Shown piece by piece: positions 1 to 8,100 of a DNA stretch of 13,509 bases. A program made the translations under genes and the position numbers. Within the stretch, counting starts at the first letter, position 1; every line of letters begins with the position of its first letter. The notes under the pieces were generated by a model. That model saw nothing but the letters and a program-made list of their open reading frames with translations, did no database searches and had not been told where the DNA came from. This stretch comes from a bacterium (GTDB lineage Bacteria; Sumerlaeota; Sumerlaeia; SLMS01), in contig JAUIJJ010000057.1 of NCBI GenBank assembly GCA_030431385.1, positions 1-13,509 of the forward strand, in the 5' to 3' direction.

Positions 1-2
1 TC

Positions 3-425
3 ATTTACAAGTCTCGCATCAGCCAAGCAACTGCTCAGGCCGCAAGCACAGCGACTCCGACGCCGATTAATCCCTCCAACCCGACTGACTCGGCGGCGAG
101 ACTAAACACTTTCATCTACCAGTCCTTTTCGTCCGAAGGCCGCTGCCAGACGGTTGGAGACGGCTTCCAACCGACACCTTTCCTCCCCAAAGCGACCGCC
201 TACATTCTGCACTCGGTCGGCCCTGATGCGAATTTTTACAACCTCGGTGGTATTCTCGACAACGATGGCGCAGACCAGATTGAGCACACGATCGACCTGA
301 TCTATGATCCAACAAACGGCACCGTGTCCCGCGGAAGTATCTGGCGAACGGGCGGCGAAGCCGGTGAAAGCACTGACTACGCCGGTGGTAAGGGCCTGGT
401 TATTGCCATTCAGTCTCAGGACTAA
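3..425 (+). CDS. Hypothetical protein, C-terminal 140 aa. The 5' end lies upstream of the window, so there is no in-window Met and the ORF track does not list it.
   Basis: Frame 3 of the plus strand is open from nt 3 to a TAA at 423-425 (141 codons, no internal stop). Translation ends ...FLPKATAYILHSVGPDANFYNLGGILDNDGADQIEHTIDLIYDPTNGTVSRGSIWRTGGEAGESTDYAGGKGLVIAIQSQD*. GC-rich third-codon positions resemble the other genes. A canonical intrinsic terminator sits about 25 nt downstream. The overlapping minus-strand 190-aa ORF is low-complexity (P/R/G/A-rich) and looks like a shadow. Confidence 0.5.
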   Translation: MYKSRISQATAQAASTATPTPINPSNPTDSAARLNTFIYQSFSSEGRCQTVGDGFQPTPFLPKATAYILHSVGPDANFYNLGGILDNDGADQIEHTIDLIYDPTNGTVSRGSIWRTGGEAGESTDYAGGKGLVIAIQSQD

Positions 426-450
426 GAAACGCCCAAAGCATCGCACCACC

Positions 451-490
451 CCCGACCCGGTCGCAAGATCGGGTCGGTTTGTTTTTATCT
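451..490 (+). terminator. Rho-independent terminator for the plus-strand CDS ending at 425.
   Basis: Stem CCGACCCG (452-459) pairs with CGGGTCGG (470-477), plus G460:C469, around an 8-nt loop. It is followed by TTTGTTTTTATCT (478-490). Confidence 0.65.
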
Positions 491-504
491 GTCGCCGTCC
501 GGGA

Positions 505-555
505 CGCCTAAAAAGCCACCCGCACCGGACCTTGGGGGAATCCGGTGCGGGCGGC
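505..555 (-). terminator. Rho-independent terminator oriented for minus-strand transcripts. It could serve the cobA-hemD message or a 3'UTR-derived RNA.
   Basis: 11-bp perfect stem CCCGCACCGGA (519-529) with TCCGGTGCGGG (541-551), extendable by GCC (515-517) with GGC (553-555). The loop is 11 nt. On the minus strand the hairpin is followed by UUUUUA (complement of 509-514, AAAAAG). The plus-strand 3' side has only TTT. Confidence 0.5.
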
Positions 556-808
556 TTTAAGTGGGGCTGTGATGGTTTGAGAAAGGAGCAAGGCTCTTGG
601 GGGGAGTTCCTTAGCGCTCCTCTCAGTTGTGCTCCCCTACATGGCAAAGCCTGTGCCGCGCCCGTGGCAGCCACTCGAAAACGCCTACACCACTGAAAAC
701 ATTTGGGTTATGACAGTCCGAGTGGGGGCTGTACGCGTCCGAGGCAGCTCGTTCTTGAGTAACCGAGTACCTAATTACCCTTGGATGTGCAGGGAGATTC
801 TCTGAACT

Positions 809-2665
809 CTACCAGTTGTCGAGATCGTGGCGAGCATCGACCTCGTCGCGGAAGGTCGACGGATCGAGCCTCCAGCGCATGAGCATTCTGGAGAGGCTTT
901 CGAGAGTCGGGCGCTGTGCCTCGACCTGCGCGGTGAGACCGCAGTCGGCAAGCGCCACCGAGGTCGCCGCGCTGATCGATGCGATTCCCACATCTGTCAG
1001 CAATCGCTTGAAAGTCGTGTCGCCCCACGCCGCTCTGGCCACCTCGACGCTGGATGCCGAGAAGAAAGCGACGCAATCGACCTCACCCTTGGTCAGCGCC
1101 TGACGCAGTTCCAGAAGGTTCAGCTTCGATGGCTGCTTTTCGTAGAGCGGAACATGCGTGACGTTCGCGCCTCGAATATGCAGCTCCTTGCTAAGTTCCG
1201 GCCGCGCGTCCGTTGACCCCAAGATCAGCACCCGATCTCCATTCATCCGCGCTTCGAACGATTCCATCAAGTTATCGTTGGTGAACGGCTCGCGAACGAC
1301 TTGTGCGCGGATGCCGTGATCTCTCAGTTGCGAGCGGGTCATCTGGCCAACGGCGATGACGCTGCATTGTTCGGGGATGAGCCGCAGGTCCAGCTCTGCT
1401 TCCCGAAGTGCTTTGAGGAAGATCTCGACGGAAGTTTCCGTGGTAAAGACGATGTGAGTTGCGAGGCGCAGATCGTCGCTCATCGCGTCGAGCACCTGCG
1501 GCAGGCCTGCCACAGGGCGGGTTTGTTCGAGAGGAAACGGCAGCACCTGCGCGCCAAGCTCGCGGTAGAATTGGCTCGTCTCGGCGTTGCGGCTTTCCGC
1601 CCGCGTGACGGCCAGCTTCAAACTGAACAGCGGTCGGTTTTCGAAGAGGTTGAGGTGTTCCTGAAGATTGACCGCATCGCCCACGATCAGCGTGCAGGGC
1701 GACTTTAGGTTCTCACGCCCAATCTCACGTGCCAGCTTGTCCACTGTCGAGACGACGGTTCTCTGATGAGGAGTGGCACCCTGAGAGATCGCGACGACCG
1801 GCTCGTGAGGAGACCGCCCGCCCTGAAGCAGTCCGTCTCTGATAGCATTGAGGCACGGGAGTGGACGCGTGAACACGAGCGTATCTGCCGCAGTGCAGGT
1901 CGCTTTCCAGTTCATCACGACCACGTCTGCGGGTTCCTCGCCGGTAAGGGGAAAGCGCTCGATCGCCCCGCCCAACGGCACACTGGTTTCACTCGAACGC
2001 CAAGTATCGATGCGCCCCATTGAGGTCTCGGACTTCTTCTTGCCGTGGTCCAACGTAGTCTCGGATTCCGCACCCCGGATCTGAAAGGTCGCCGAGGACT
2101 CTTTTCGAGACTTGCGAGAGCGGCGAATGACGACCCCGGGGCGGCGCGGTTCTTCGTACTTTTGCTCGGGTTTCACCACAGGCTCCATCCGAAGCGACCG
2201 CGGCCGCTCGCAAGAAACGAGGCCCTCGATGATGAGGACCTTCCCTGCGATGCCAGGCTGGAGGATCGGAACTCCTGCCGCGGCGGAGGCGGCAACGGTT
2301 ACGGGTAATCCAGGGACGACATCAAACTCGATCCCCAAAGCGCGCAAGTGCATCATTTCTCCCGCGCTGAACGATGCCGTGATAGCGTCGCCTTGGCGGA
2401 GGCGCACGACGCTCAGGCCACGGCGGCCACGCTCGACGAGTACGTCCTTGATCTCATCCGGAGTTTGCGGCCCGAGCCCACCGGGAAGCCCGGTGGGTAA
2501 TAGCTCAGCATCGGTACGACAGAGACTCAGCAGTTCCTCGCCCAACTCGGCGTCATAGAGGACTACCTTTGCCTCTTCGAGAGCGCGTCGACCACGCACC
2601 GTCATCAGCCCCGGATCGCCCGGGCCTGCTCCAACGAAAGTGACTTTGCCAGTTCGCTTCTTCAT
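809..2665 (-). CDS. cobA-hemD: Bifunctional uroporphyrinogen-III C-methyltransferase (SUMT, CobA/CysG-type) / uroporphyrinogen-III synthase (HemD) fusion.
   Basis: ATG start preceded by GAGG. The N-terminus has the SUMT signature TFVGAGPGDPGLMTVRG, followed by VVLYD, then VVRLRQGDA...GIEFDVVPGLPVTVAASAAAGVPI and TLIVGDAV. The C-terminal half (SLKLAVTRAE...IVFTTETSVEIF...VLILGSTDARPELS...VAFFSASSVE) matches the HemD fold pattern. The SUMT domain carries an approximately 80-aa K/R/S/E-rich insertion. 618 aa, with a TAG stop at 809-811. Confidence 0.88.
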   Translation of the reverse strand: MKKRTGKVTFVGAGPGDPGLMTVRGRRALEEAKVVLYDAELGEELLSLCRTDAELLPTGLPGGLGPQTPDEIKDVLVERGRRGLSVVRLRQGDAITASFSAGEMMHLRALGIEFDVVPGLPVTVAASAAAGVPILQPGIAGKVLIIEGLVSCERPRSLRMEPVVKPEQKYEEPRRPGVVIRRSRKSRKESSATFQIRGAESETTLDHGKKKSETSMGRIDTWRSSETSVPLGGAIERFPLTGEEPADVVVMNWKATCTAADTLVFTRPLPCLNAIRDGLLQGGRSPHEPVVAISQGATPHQRTVVSTVDKLAREIGRENLKSPCTLIVGDAVNLQEHLNLFENRPLFSLKLAVTRAESRNAETSQFYRELGAQVLPFPLEQTRPVAGLPQVLDAMSDDLRLATHIVFTTETSVEIFLKALREAELDLRLIPEQCSVIAVGQMTRSQLRDHGIRAQVVREPFTNDNLMESFEARMNGDRVLILGSTDARPELSKELHIRGANVTHVPLYEKQPSKLNLLELRQALTKGEVDCVAFFSASSVEVARAAWGDTTFKRLLTDVGIASISAATSVALADCGLTAQVEAQRPTLESLSRMLMRWRLDPSTFRDEVDARHDLDNW

Positions 2666-2727
2666 TCCGCCTCAGAGTACTCTCGGAGTTCCCCGCGCGC
2701 CACAGGATTCTTCAGCCAGATCATTAG

Positions 2728-2758
2728 GGTTTGCTCCCCGCCGAATGGGTCGCAAACC
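2728..2758. promoter_or_regulatory. Inverted repeat GGTTTGC-N17-GCAAACC in the divergent cobA-hemD / tauE-like intergenic region; candidate operator.
   Basis: GGTTTGC at 2728-2734 and its exact reverse complement GCAAACC at 2752-2758, inside the 120-nt divergent promoter region (2666-2785). Confidence 0.25.
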
Positions 2759-2785
2759 ATAGCGCTCTTAGTTGAAACGGCTCCC

Positions 2786-3640
2786 ATGGAAATCACCTCG
2801 ACCATTCTCATCGAACTTATCGCCCTCGGGTTCGTGGTGGGGATTTTGGCAGGTACCTTCGGCGTTGGAGGCGGATTCCTGATCACCCCGCTCATCGGGT
2901 CTATGTTGGGCCTTCCCTACACGCTCGCGGTCGGCAGTTCGCTCGCATCCATTATCGGCACGAGCCTAACCGGCATCCACAAACACTGGCGTATGGGGAA
3001 CATTCACTTCGATCTGATCTCAGCGATCGGCGGTGGGACGGTCGCAGGGACCCTGTTCGGCACAGCCATCCACAAGTGGTTACGGGAATTCCTCGTCGCC
3101 GATGGCGACAGCACGACCTTCGAACTCACCATGATCGCGCTCTACGCAATTTGTCTGACGGTCATCGCCATCGTGTTCCTTTTTCAGGCGCGCGCGAAAA
3201 AGTCCGAGCCAGCGCCCGCAGAAGGCGACAGAAAATCCCCGCCCCCGCTTCCAAAATTTGATGCACGATTCGTCGTCACGATGACGGGCATCGGACTTTC
3301 AATCGGAACCCTGAGCGGGCTACTGGGGCTGGGCGGAGGCATCTTGATTATGCCCGCCCTCGTCATCTTGCTGAAGTTTGATCAGCGGCTGGCAGTCGCC
3401 ACGAGCCTCGGCGCAGTCTTCCTCAGTGCCGTCACTGGAACATGGGGATACGCAATCGGCGGATTCGTCAGCCTACCGATTGCGTTGTCCATTCTGGTCG
3501 GTGGAATCGCCGGAGTCCAGGTCGGCGGGGTCATCTGTCAGCGAATCAGCGGCCAGCGATTCCGCAGCGCGTTCCTTATCGTCATCGTTGCGGTCATCGC
3601 ACTGCTCGCGTGGAAAGCCACCAGAATCCTGACCGCCTAG
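2786..3640 (+). CDS. TauE/SafE (DUF81) family sulfite/sulfonate exporter-type membrane permease.
   Basis: 284 aa, strongly hydrophobic. Two internally duplicated halves each carry the glycine-rich signature (GVGGGFLITP... and GLGGGILIMPAL...), separated by a charged loop (RAKKSEPAPAEGDRKSPPPLPKFD). ATG at 2786 and TAG at 3638-3640. Confidence 0.85.
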   Translation: MEITSTILIELIALGFVVGILAGTFGVGGGFLITPLIGSMLGLPYTLAVGSSLASIIGTSLTGIHKHWRMGNIHFDLISAIGGGTVAGTLFGTAIHKWLREFLVADGDSTTFELTMIALYAICLTVIAIVFLFQARAKKSEPAPAEGDRKSPPPLPKFDARFVVTMTGIGLSIGTLSGLLGLGGGILIMPALVILLKFDQRLAVATSLGAVFLSAVTGTWGYAIGGFVSLPIALSILVGGIAGVQVGGVICQRISGQRFRSAFLIVIVAVIALLAWKATRILTA

Positions 3641-3643
3641 CCG

Positions 3644-4510
3644 CTATCGGCTCTCAACCTGACGCGCCAGAATCTTGATCGCTTCCTTCTCCGCACCGTT
3701 CAACCGGATGATCCGAGTGGAGCCCCAGTTATCCTGAAGCGGGTCGAAAAAGAAAATCCCTGCCACTGCGTCCCAGAATTGAAGGGGATGAAACTTAACG
3801 TTGAGAGCGACTACGCCCACGTTTGCCTGCACACCGACGGCCCAATAGTCCCTCGCTCGCTGAAAAACCCAGTCGCCGGGTCGCTTCAGGCCGGTGCCGG
3901 CGTGATTCAGTGCATAGCCACGGCTCATCGCGCTCCGCCAGGCAACCATACTGCGAATCTCAATAGGCAGTATGTCCAGGAACTCCTCCACGTTCGCGCT
4001 GACGCTCGGGTCGCCACGATAGAACCCAACCATGAACTCGCCACCAGATGCCTGAGCACCAACGGCAACAGCTTCGGTGACCTGTGCCTTCACTCCGGCG
4101 CCGAAACACACGCCGACCTCGGCCGTGAGCGAATCAAAGATGTCGAATAGAACATTAGCCGGCCACAGAATGACGCGCTTCGCGATTCCGACATCGTCAT
4201 TTGCGACTCGCATCGCATAGTTAGAACCTGCGGCTGTCCGAGCACCAAGTCGCCAGAGGTGGGGTGCCTCCAAAAGCGCGGTCTTGCGAATCTCTTTCGC
4301 ATCTTGGTCCCCCGGTTCCGCATCCAGCAGAAACAAGCTCAGGTAAAGCGCCTTGTCGTACTCTTTCGCGTTCAGGTGGTTGTGCGCTGAATCACGCAGA
4401 AACTCTCGAGTATCGTTGTAGCGACCGGGATCAAAGGTGGTGCATCCAACCAATGTGCCGAAACAGGCCAGCAAAACACCAAAACTCAAGACCAGACGAA
4501 CTGTCCGCAT
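3644..4510 (-). CDS. Hypothetical lipoprotein.
   Basis: The preferred ATG start at 4510 gives MRTVRLVLSFGVLLACFGTLVGC, an SPase II signal with lipobox LVGC. The ORF track instead starts at a TTG at 4519. The mature part is 260 aa with no recognisable motif. The stop at 3644-3646 lies 3 nt from the convergent tauE-like stop. Confidence 0.7.
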   Translation of the reverse strand: MRTVRLVLSFGVLLACFGTLVGCTTFDPGRYNDTREFLRDSAHNHLNAKEYDKALYLSLFLLDAEPGDQDAKEIRKTALLEAPHLWRLGARTAAGSNYAMRVANDDVGIAKRVILWPANVLFDIFDSLTAEVGVCFGAGVKAQVTEAVAVGAQASGGEFMVGFYRGDPSVSANVEEFLDILPIEIRSMVAWRSAMSRGYALNHAGTGLKRPGDWVFQRARDYWAVGVQANVGVVALNVKFHPLQFWDAVAGIFFFDPLQDNWGSTRIIRLNGAEKEAIKILARQVESR

Positions 4511-4521
4511 CAAATTCAAGA

Positions 4522-5073
4522 TTACTCGTCCTTTTCAGATGACTCATGAGCGTCGGGACGAAGAAGTTCCTCAATGGAGACCTCCGCCGTAGGCCCGTAA
4601 ATCGGCGTGCATCTCTCACCCATGATCCTCAGATACAGTTGCAACTGGGCGCGGTGGTGAATCCAATGACCGTGGTGCAACTCGATGATCTTCACACCCG
4701 GGAACAGACCAAAATCCAGAAGCTCAACGTCCGATGCAAGCTGGGTGACGGAGAGATTGCGCAGTCCCTCGAAAAACTCCGAGAAGAACGCATCGCATTG
4801 TTGAACCAATCCATCCGTATCGCCAGGTATCTCGAACTCAGGAGGCTCCGCTGTGATGCTTTCATCCCCCTGCAACAATTTCAGAAACCAGGTCCCGGCA
4901 AAGTAGAGGTGAAGCGCCATTTCGGCGAATGGCATCGAGAGCTCATGCGGCTTCCATCCAAGCTTATCCGCAGGACACGAGGCGATCACGGACACGGTCA
5001 GTTCGTGCTCGGAGGGGAACTCGTGCAGCCATCGGCTGCGCTGTTCATGAGCATATAGTTGTGATACTGGCAT
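4522..5073 (-). CDS. DinB_2/YfiT-like metal-dependent enzyme (DinB superfamily).
   Basis: The C-terminal motif ELHHGHWIHHRAQLQLYL matches the DinB-superfamily HxxHHRxQ metal-binding signature. Size (about 183 aa from ATG 5073) is typical of the family. The ORF-track start at 5121 is a TTG with no SD, so the ATG at 5073 (MPVSQLYAHE...) is preferred. The TAA stop at 4522-4524 lies 11 nt upstream of the lipoprotein ATG. Confidence 0.6.
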   Translation of the reverse strand: MPVSQLYAHEQRSRWLHEFPSEHELTVSVIASCPADKLGWKPHELSMPFAEMALHLYFAGTWFLKLLQGDESITAEPPEFEIPGDTDGLVQQCDAFFSEFFEGLRNLSVTQLASDVELLDFGLFPGVKIIELHHGHWIHHRAQLQLYLRIMGERCTPIYGPTAEVSIEELLRPDAHESSEKDE

Positions 5074-5138
5074 AGCCAACTCGCGTCGAGAATTGTCTGA
5101 AGAGAAGTACCCGACACACAACAGAGGCTAGCAAAAAG

Positions 5139-8100
5139 TCAGGAACCCGATTGGTACTGTTCCAGCAGCGACTTAGCCTCGGCGCAACCGTGATCCAGTG
5201 AGCGGAGAATAGTCCCCAACTCATTCTTGGTCAGGCTCGAACCCTCGCGGCTTTCAATGACCATCAACACGTTCTCGCCGCTCTGGCTTCGATCAATTCC
5301 AATGCTCACCGGCAAGATCTTCGTGTTTAAATCAAGAAGCTCCTCATAGAACTTGCCGTTTAGCTCGTGATTCACATTTCCCACCCGCGCCTGAACGTAG
5401 AATCGGTCCTCGAGGATTCGGAAGTAGGTCGGAGTCTTGTTCTCTCGGTTGATTCTAAACAGCGTGCGCTCGACTTCTTCGACTGCATACCCCATCGATT
5501 CCAGAAAACGTCGCATGGAACCGGCGGCGTGAAACTCGCCTTCCTTCGGCGACCAATCAACCTCGACTTCCGGCTGTGTCTCGGACTGCGAAGGCGGGCC
5601 AGTCGCTACACGATGCTCACCGCCAGCGACCTTCAAATCGCCGAAGATTTCCTTGAGAGCCTCGATCGCTTCGAGAGTGAAGTGCGCGGAGACGGGGCGT
5701 GCCATCGTGCCCTCGGACACGGCGTGAGAAGGGGCCGCCAATTTGTCGCGAATCTCCGCCAGCACGATCTTCAGTTGATCAATCGTTTCCGGTGCAAACT
5801 CCGCCCGTATCGCGGTCGAAGCATCCTGTCGAGATTCCGTGATCGCCCTTGCGAGTTCACTAAATGACTCGCGCAGGTGAACCAGCGTTTCTGGTTCGAA
5901 TACCGCCTTAACATCTCGCGATGAGTCGTCAGAAGAACCACCCACCAGACCGCGCAGCCCGCTGCCGATGTCCTCGCGCAACCTCGTGATTCCATCACCG
6001 AGATCGCCCAGCATCGTCACGGCCTGAGTCATTGAATCACTCGAATCCATCCCTCTGAATTTCTGATTTCGACAGAATGTATCCTTAATGTCCTTCCACC
6101 GCGCAAGTTCCTCCTCGGTTGCGAAATCAAACATCTCGCGGAACTTGAGCATGTTCGCCTCTGCACCGGTGGTGAGCGTCTGCGATTCGCCCTCATAGTG
6201 AGCAAGAATCATCGAGCGCAATTCCTCATCATTCATGATGGGAAGTACCTTCTCCGCCAACTTGTTCATGTTACGATAGGATCCCTGCAACTTGAACGGA
6301 GGCTCGGTACGATAATCATCCGCCTGCGCGGCAGATGCGATGTACTCGGCGTTGACGCGCAAGATAACATCCCGAACAACGAGCATCTTCTTAAGCACAG
6401 AAACGATCTCGTTTAGCTCCTCTGTCGAGTAGTTTCCTTCGAGTTCAATTCCCTCCCGGTCGCCAGAATTCGCCAATCTGAGGATCGAATAGATGTCCTT
6501 GCTGGCCCGACTCGCGACGCGAGCCAACACGGCATTCGAGGTCAACGAGTTCTCGATATAGCTCATTTCGAAGGCCTCGGATTGATCCCCAATGATGTCG
6601 CCGAGATTGTACGTATCTGCGCGGTTTGCCAACATATCGGGGATCTGGAACTTCTCGCCGCTTTCGGTGTACGGATTGCCCGCCATCACAACACAGACCT
6701 TCTTACCGCGCAGGTCATAGGTGCGCGTGCGGCCGCGCCAGACACCCTCGATCTTCCGTTGAGCGTCACACAATGAAATGAACTTCTGTAGGAACTCGGG
6801 ATTACAGTGCTGAATGTCGTCCAGGTAAATCATCACATTGTCGCCCATCTCGAGCGACAGATTGAGTTTCTCTAATTCCTCTTTGGCCGTTGCGTTTGGA
6901 GCTTCCGAAGGATCGAGTGACGTGACCCGATGACCAATCGCGGGGCCGTTAATCTTCATAAACACAATGCCGAGGCGATTCGCGACATATTCCATCAAGG
7001 TCGTCTTGCCGTAGCCCGGCGGCGACACGAGGAGGAGCATACCCATGCGATCGGTACGTTTGTCCGCGCCCGCTGCGCCCATCTGCTTGGCGAGGTTATC
7101 GCCAAGCATCGGGAGGTAAACCTCGTCGATCAATTTGTTGCGAACAAAGGAAGTCAGGATGCGGGGCTTGAACTCATCCAAGCGCAGATTGTCGCGATAC
7201 TCCTCAGCCGCGTCCTTCTTGGCCAGAACATAACTTTCGAACAGCGGAACTGATTCGTTTGTAAAGCGATAGAGCCTTTCCATATACTCGGGATAGTTAA
7301 GCCGGTAAACACCATCAACGATCAGGTCATGACTTCCAGTCATCGCTTCGATATCTCGGACAACGGTAACGTTCAGCACATGAGAAGGATCAAACGAATC
7401 CGCGAAGAACATCGCCGCGACCTCGTCGGCATATTGGCGCAGCTCTGATTCTTCAGAGTTCTCAATGTATCCATTCACCCAGGTTCGGATAAGGTCAAAC
7501 CGGCCGACATCGTCGTCCGCCATTTCATCGAGAATCCCGCGTAGCTCAAGATAGCTCTTTGATTCATCGAGGTACTTGCGAATGCCCTGAAGCAACTGCG
7601 CCGATTCAGGACTCGTCACAATCCGCACGCTTCCAGTTAACTCGTGAAACAGATATTCGGCGGCTTCGGGAATGAGATCTTCATCGAAGAGTTCTGTCTC
7701 GATAATGAACGCCCTGAGAGAATCGCCTAAATCTTCGATATGATCAGCAAAATCGGTGCGATGCGGAACGACGCGCAACGCCGCGCCGAGCCCTCTTAAC
7801 CGCGCAGAAAGCCGCTTCTTCGTCGCAGAATCGGCGAAGGTTTCCCACCAGCAACGAGCGCAGGCTCGCGCGATGGAGCGGTACCTCAACAAGTCGACAG
7901 TCTGATTGAGATCAATGAGAGCTGACACAATACGCGCCGCGTCGTGATCATGAACGCCCTTCACATACCCTTCGCTAAAACGCGGCCCCATGAACTTTTG
8001 GACCTCTGCCGAAACTTCTTCAACCGTCGCGGTGCTGAGCTCAGATATAGACCGAATTCTACCAGCCTCGACCTCTGTCATGAACAAGTATGCTAGATAC

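Noticed and set aside
102-674. 190-aa minus-strand ORF (and the nested 67-aa ORF 112..315).
   Set aside because: Low-complexity P/R/G/A-rich translation that spans two terminator hairpins. It overlaps a better plus-strand reading frame with normal composition and is most likely a GC-rich shadow ORF.
304-696. 130-aa plus-strand ORF.
   Set aside because: It runs through both terminator stems and is R/P/G-rich. It is out of frame with the credible plus-strand CDS that stops at 425.
556-808. Possible tmRNA, SRP RNA, RNase P RNA or tRNA in the long non-coding interval.
   Set aside because: I looked on both strands for the tRNA-like T-loop GGTTCGAATCC, the SRP domain-IV motif, RNase P P4 sequences and a tmRNA tag ORF. 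None are present. It is retained only as an unclassified candidate sRNA/UTR in the findings.
771-1216. Short overlapping ORFs on both strands at the 3' end of cobA-hemD (771..1076 -, 775..993 -, 816..1103 +, 827..1216 +).
   Set aside because: All are embedded in or antisense to the well-supported HemD-domain coding frame. They are high-GC shadows.
1301-2558. Plus-strand ORFs inside cobA-hemD (1301..1708, 1766..2023, 1848..2084, 2045..2308, 2112..2558).
   Set aside because: They are antisense to a gene with clear SUMT and HemD motifs and give R/G/P-rich translations.
4519-5121. TTG starts used by the ORF track for the lipoprotein (4519) and the DinB-like gene (5121).
   Set aside because: In-frame ATGs at 4510 and 5073 give a canonical lipoprotein signal peptide (MRTVRLVLSF...LVGC) and a family-typical DinB_2 length. 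The TTG extensions add non-conserved-looking residues, and the one checked (5121) has no SD.
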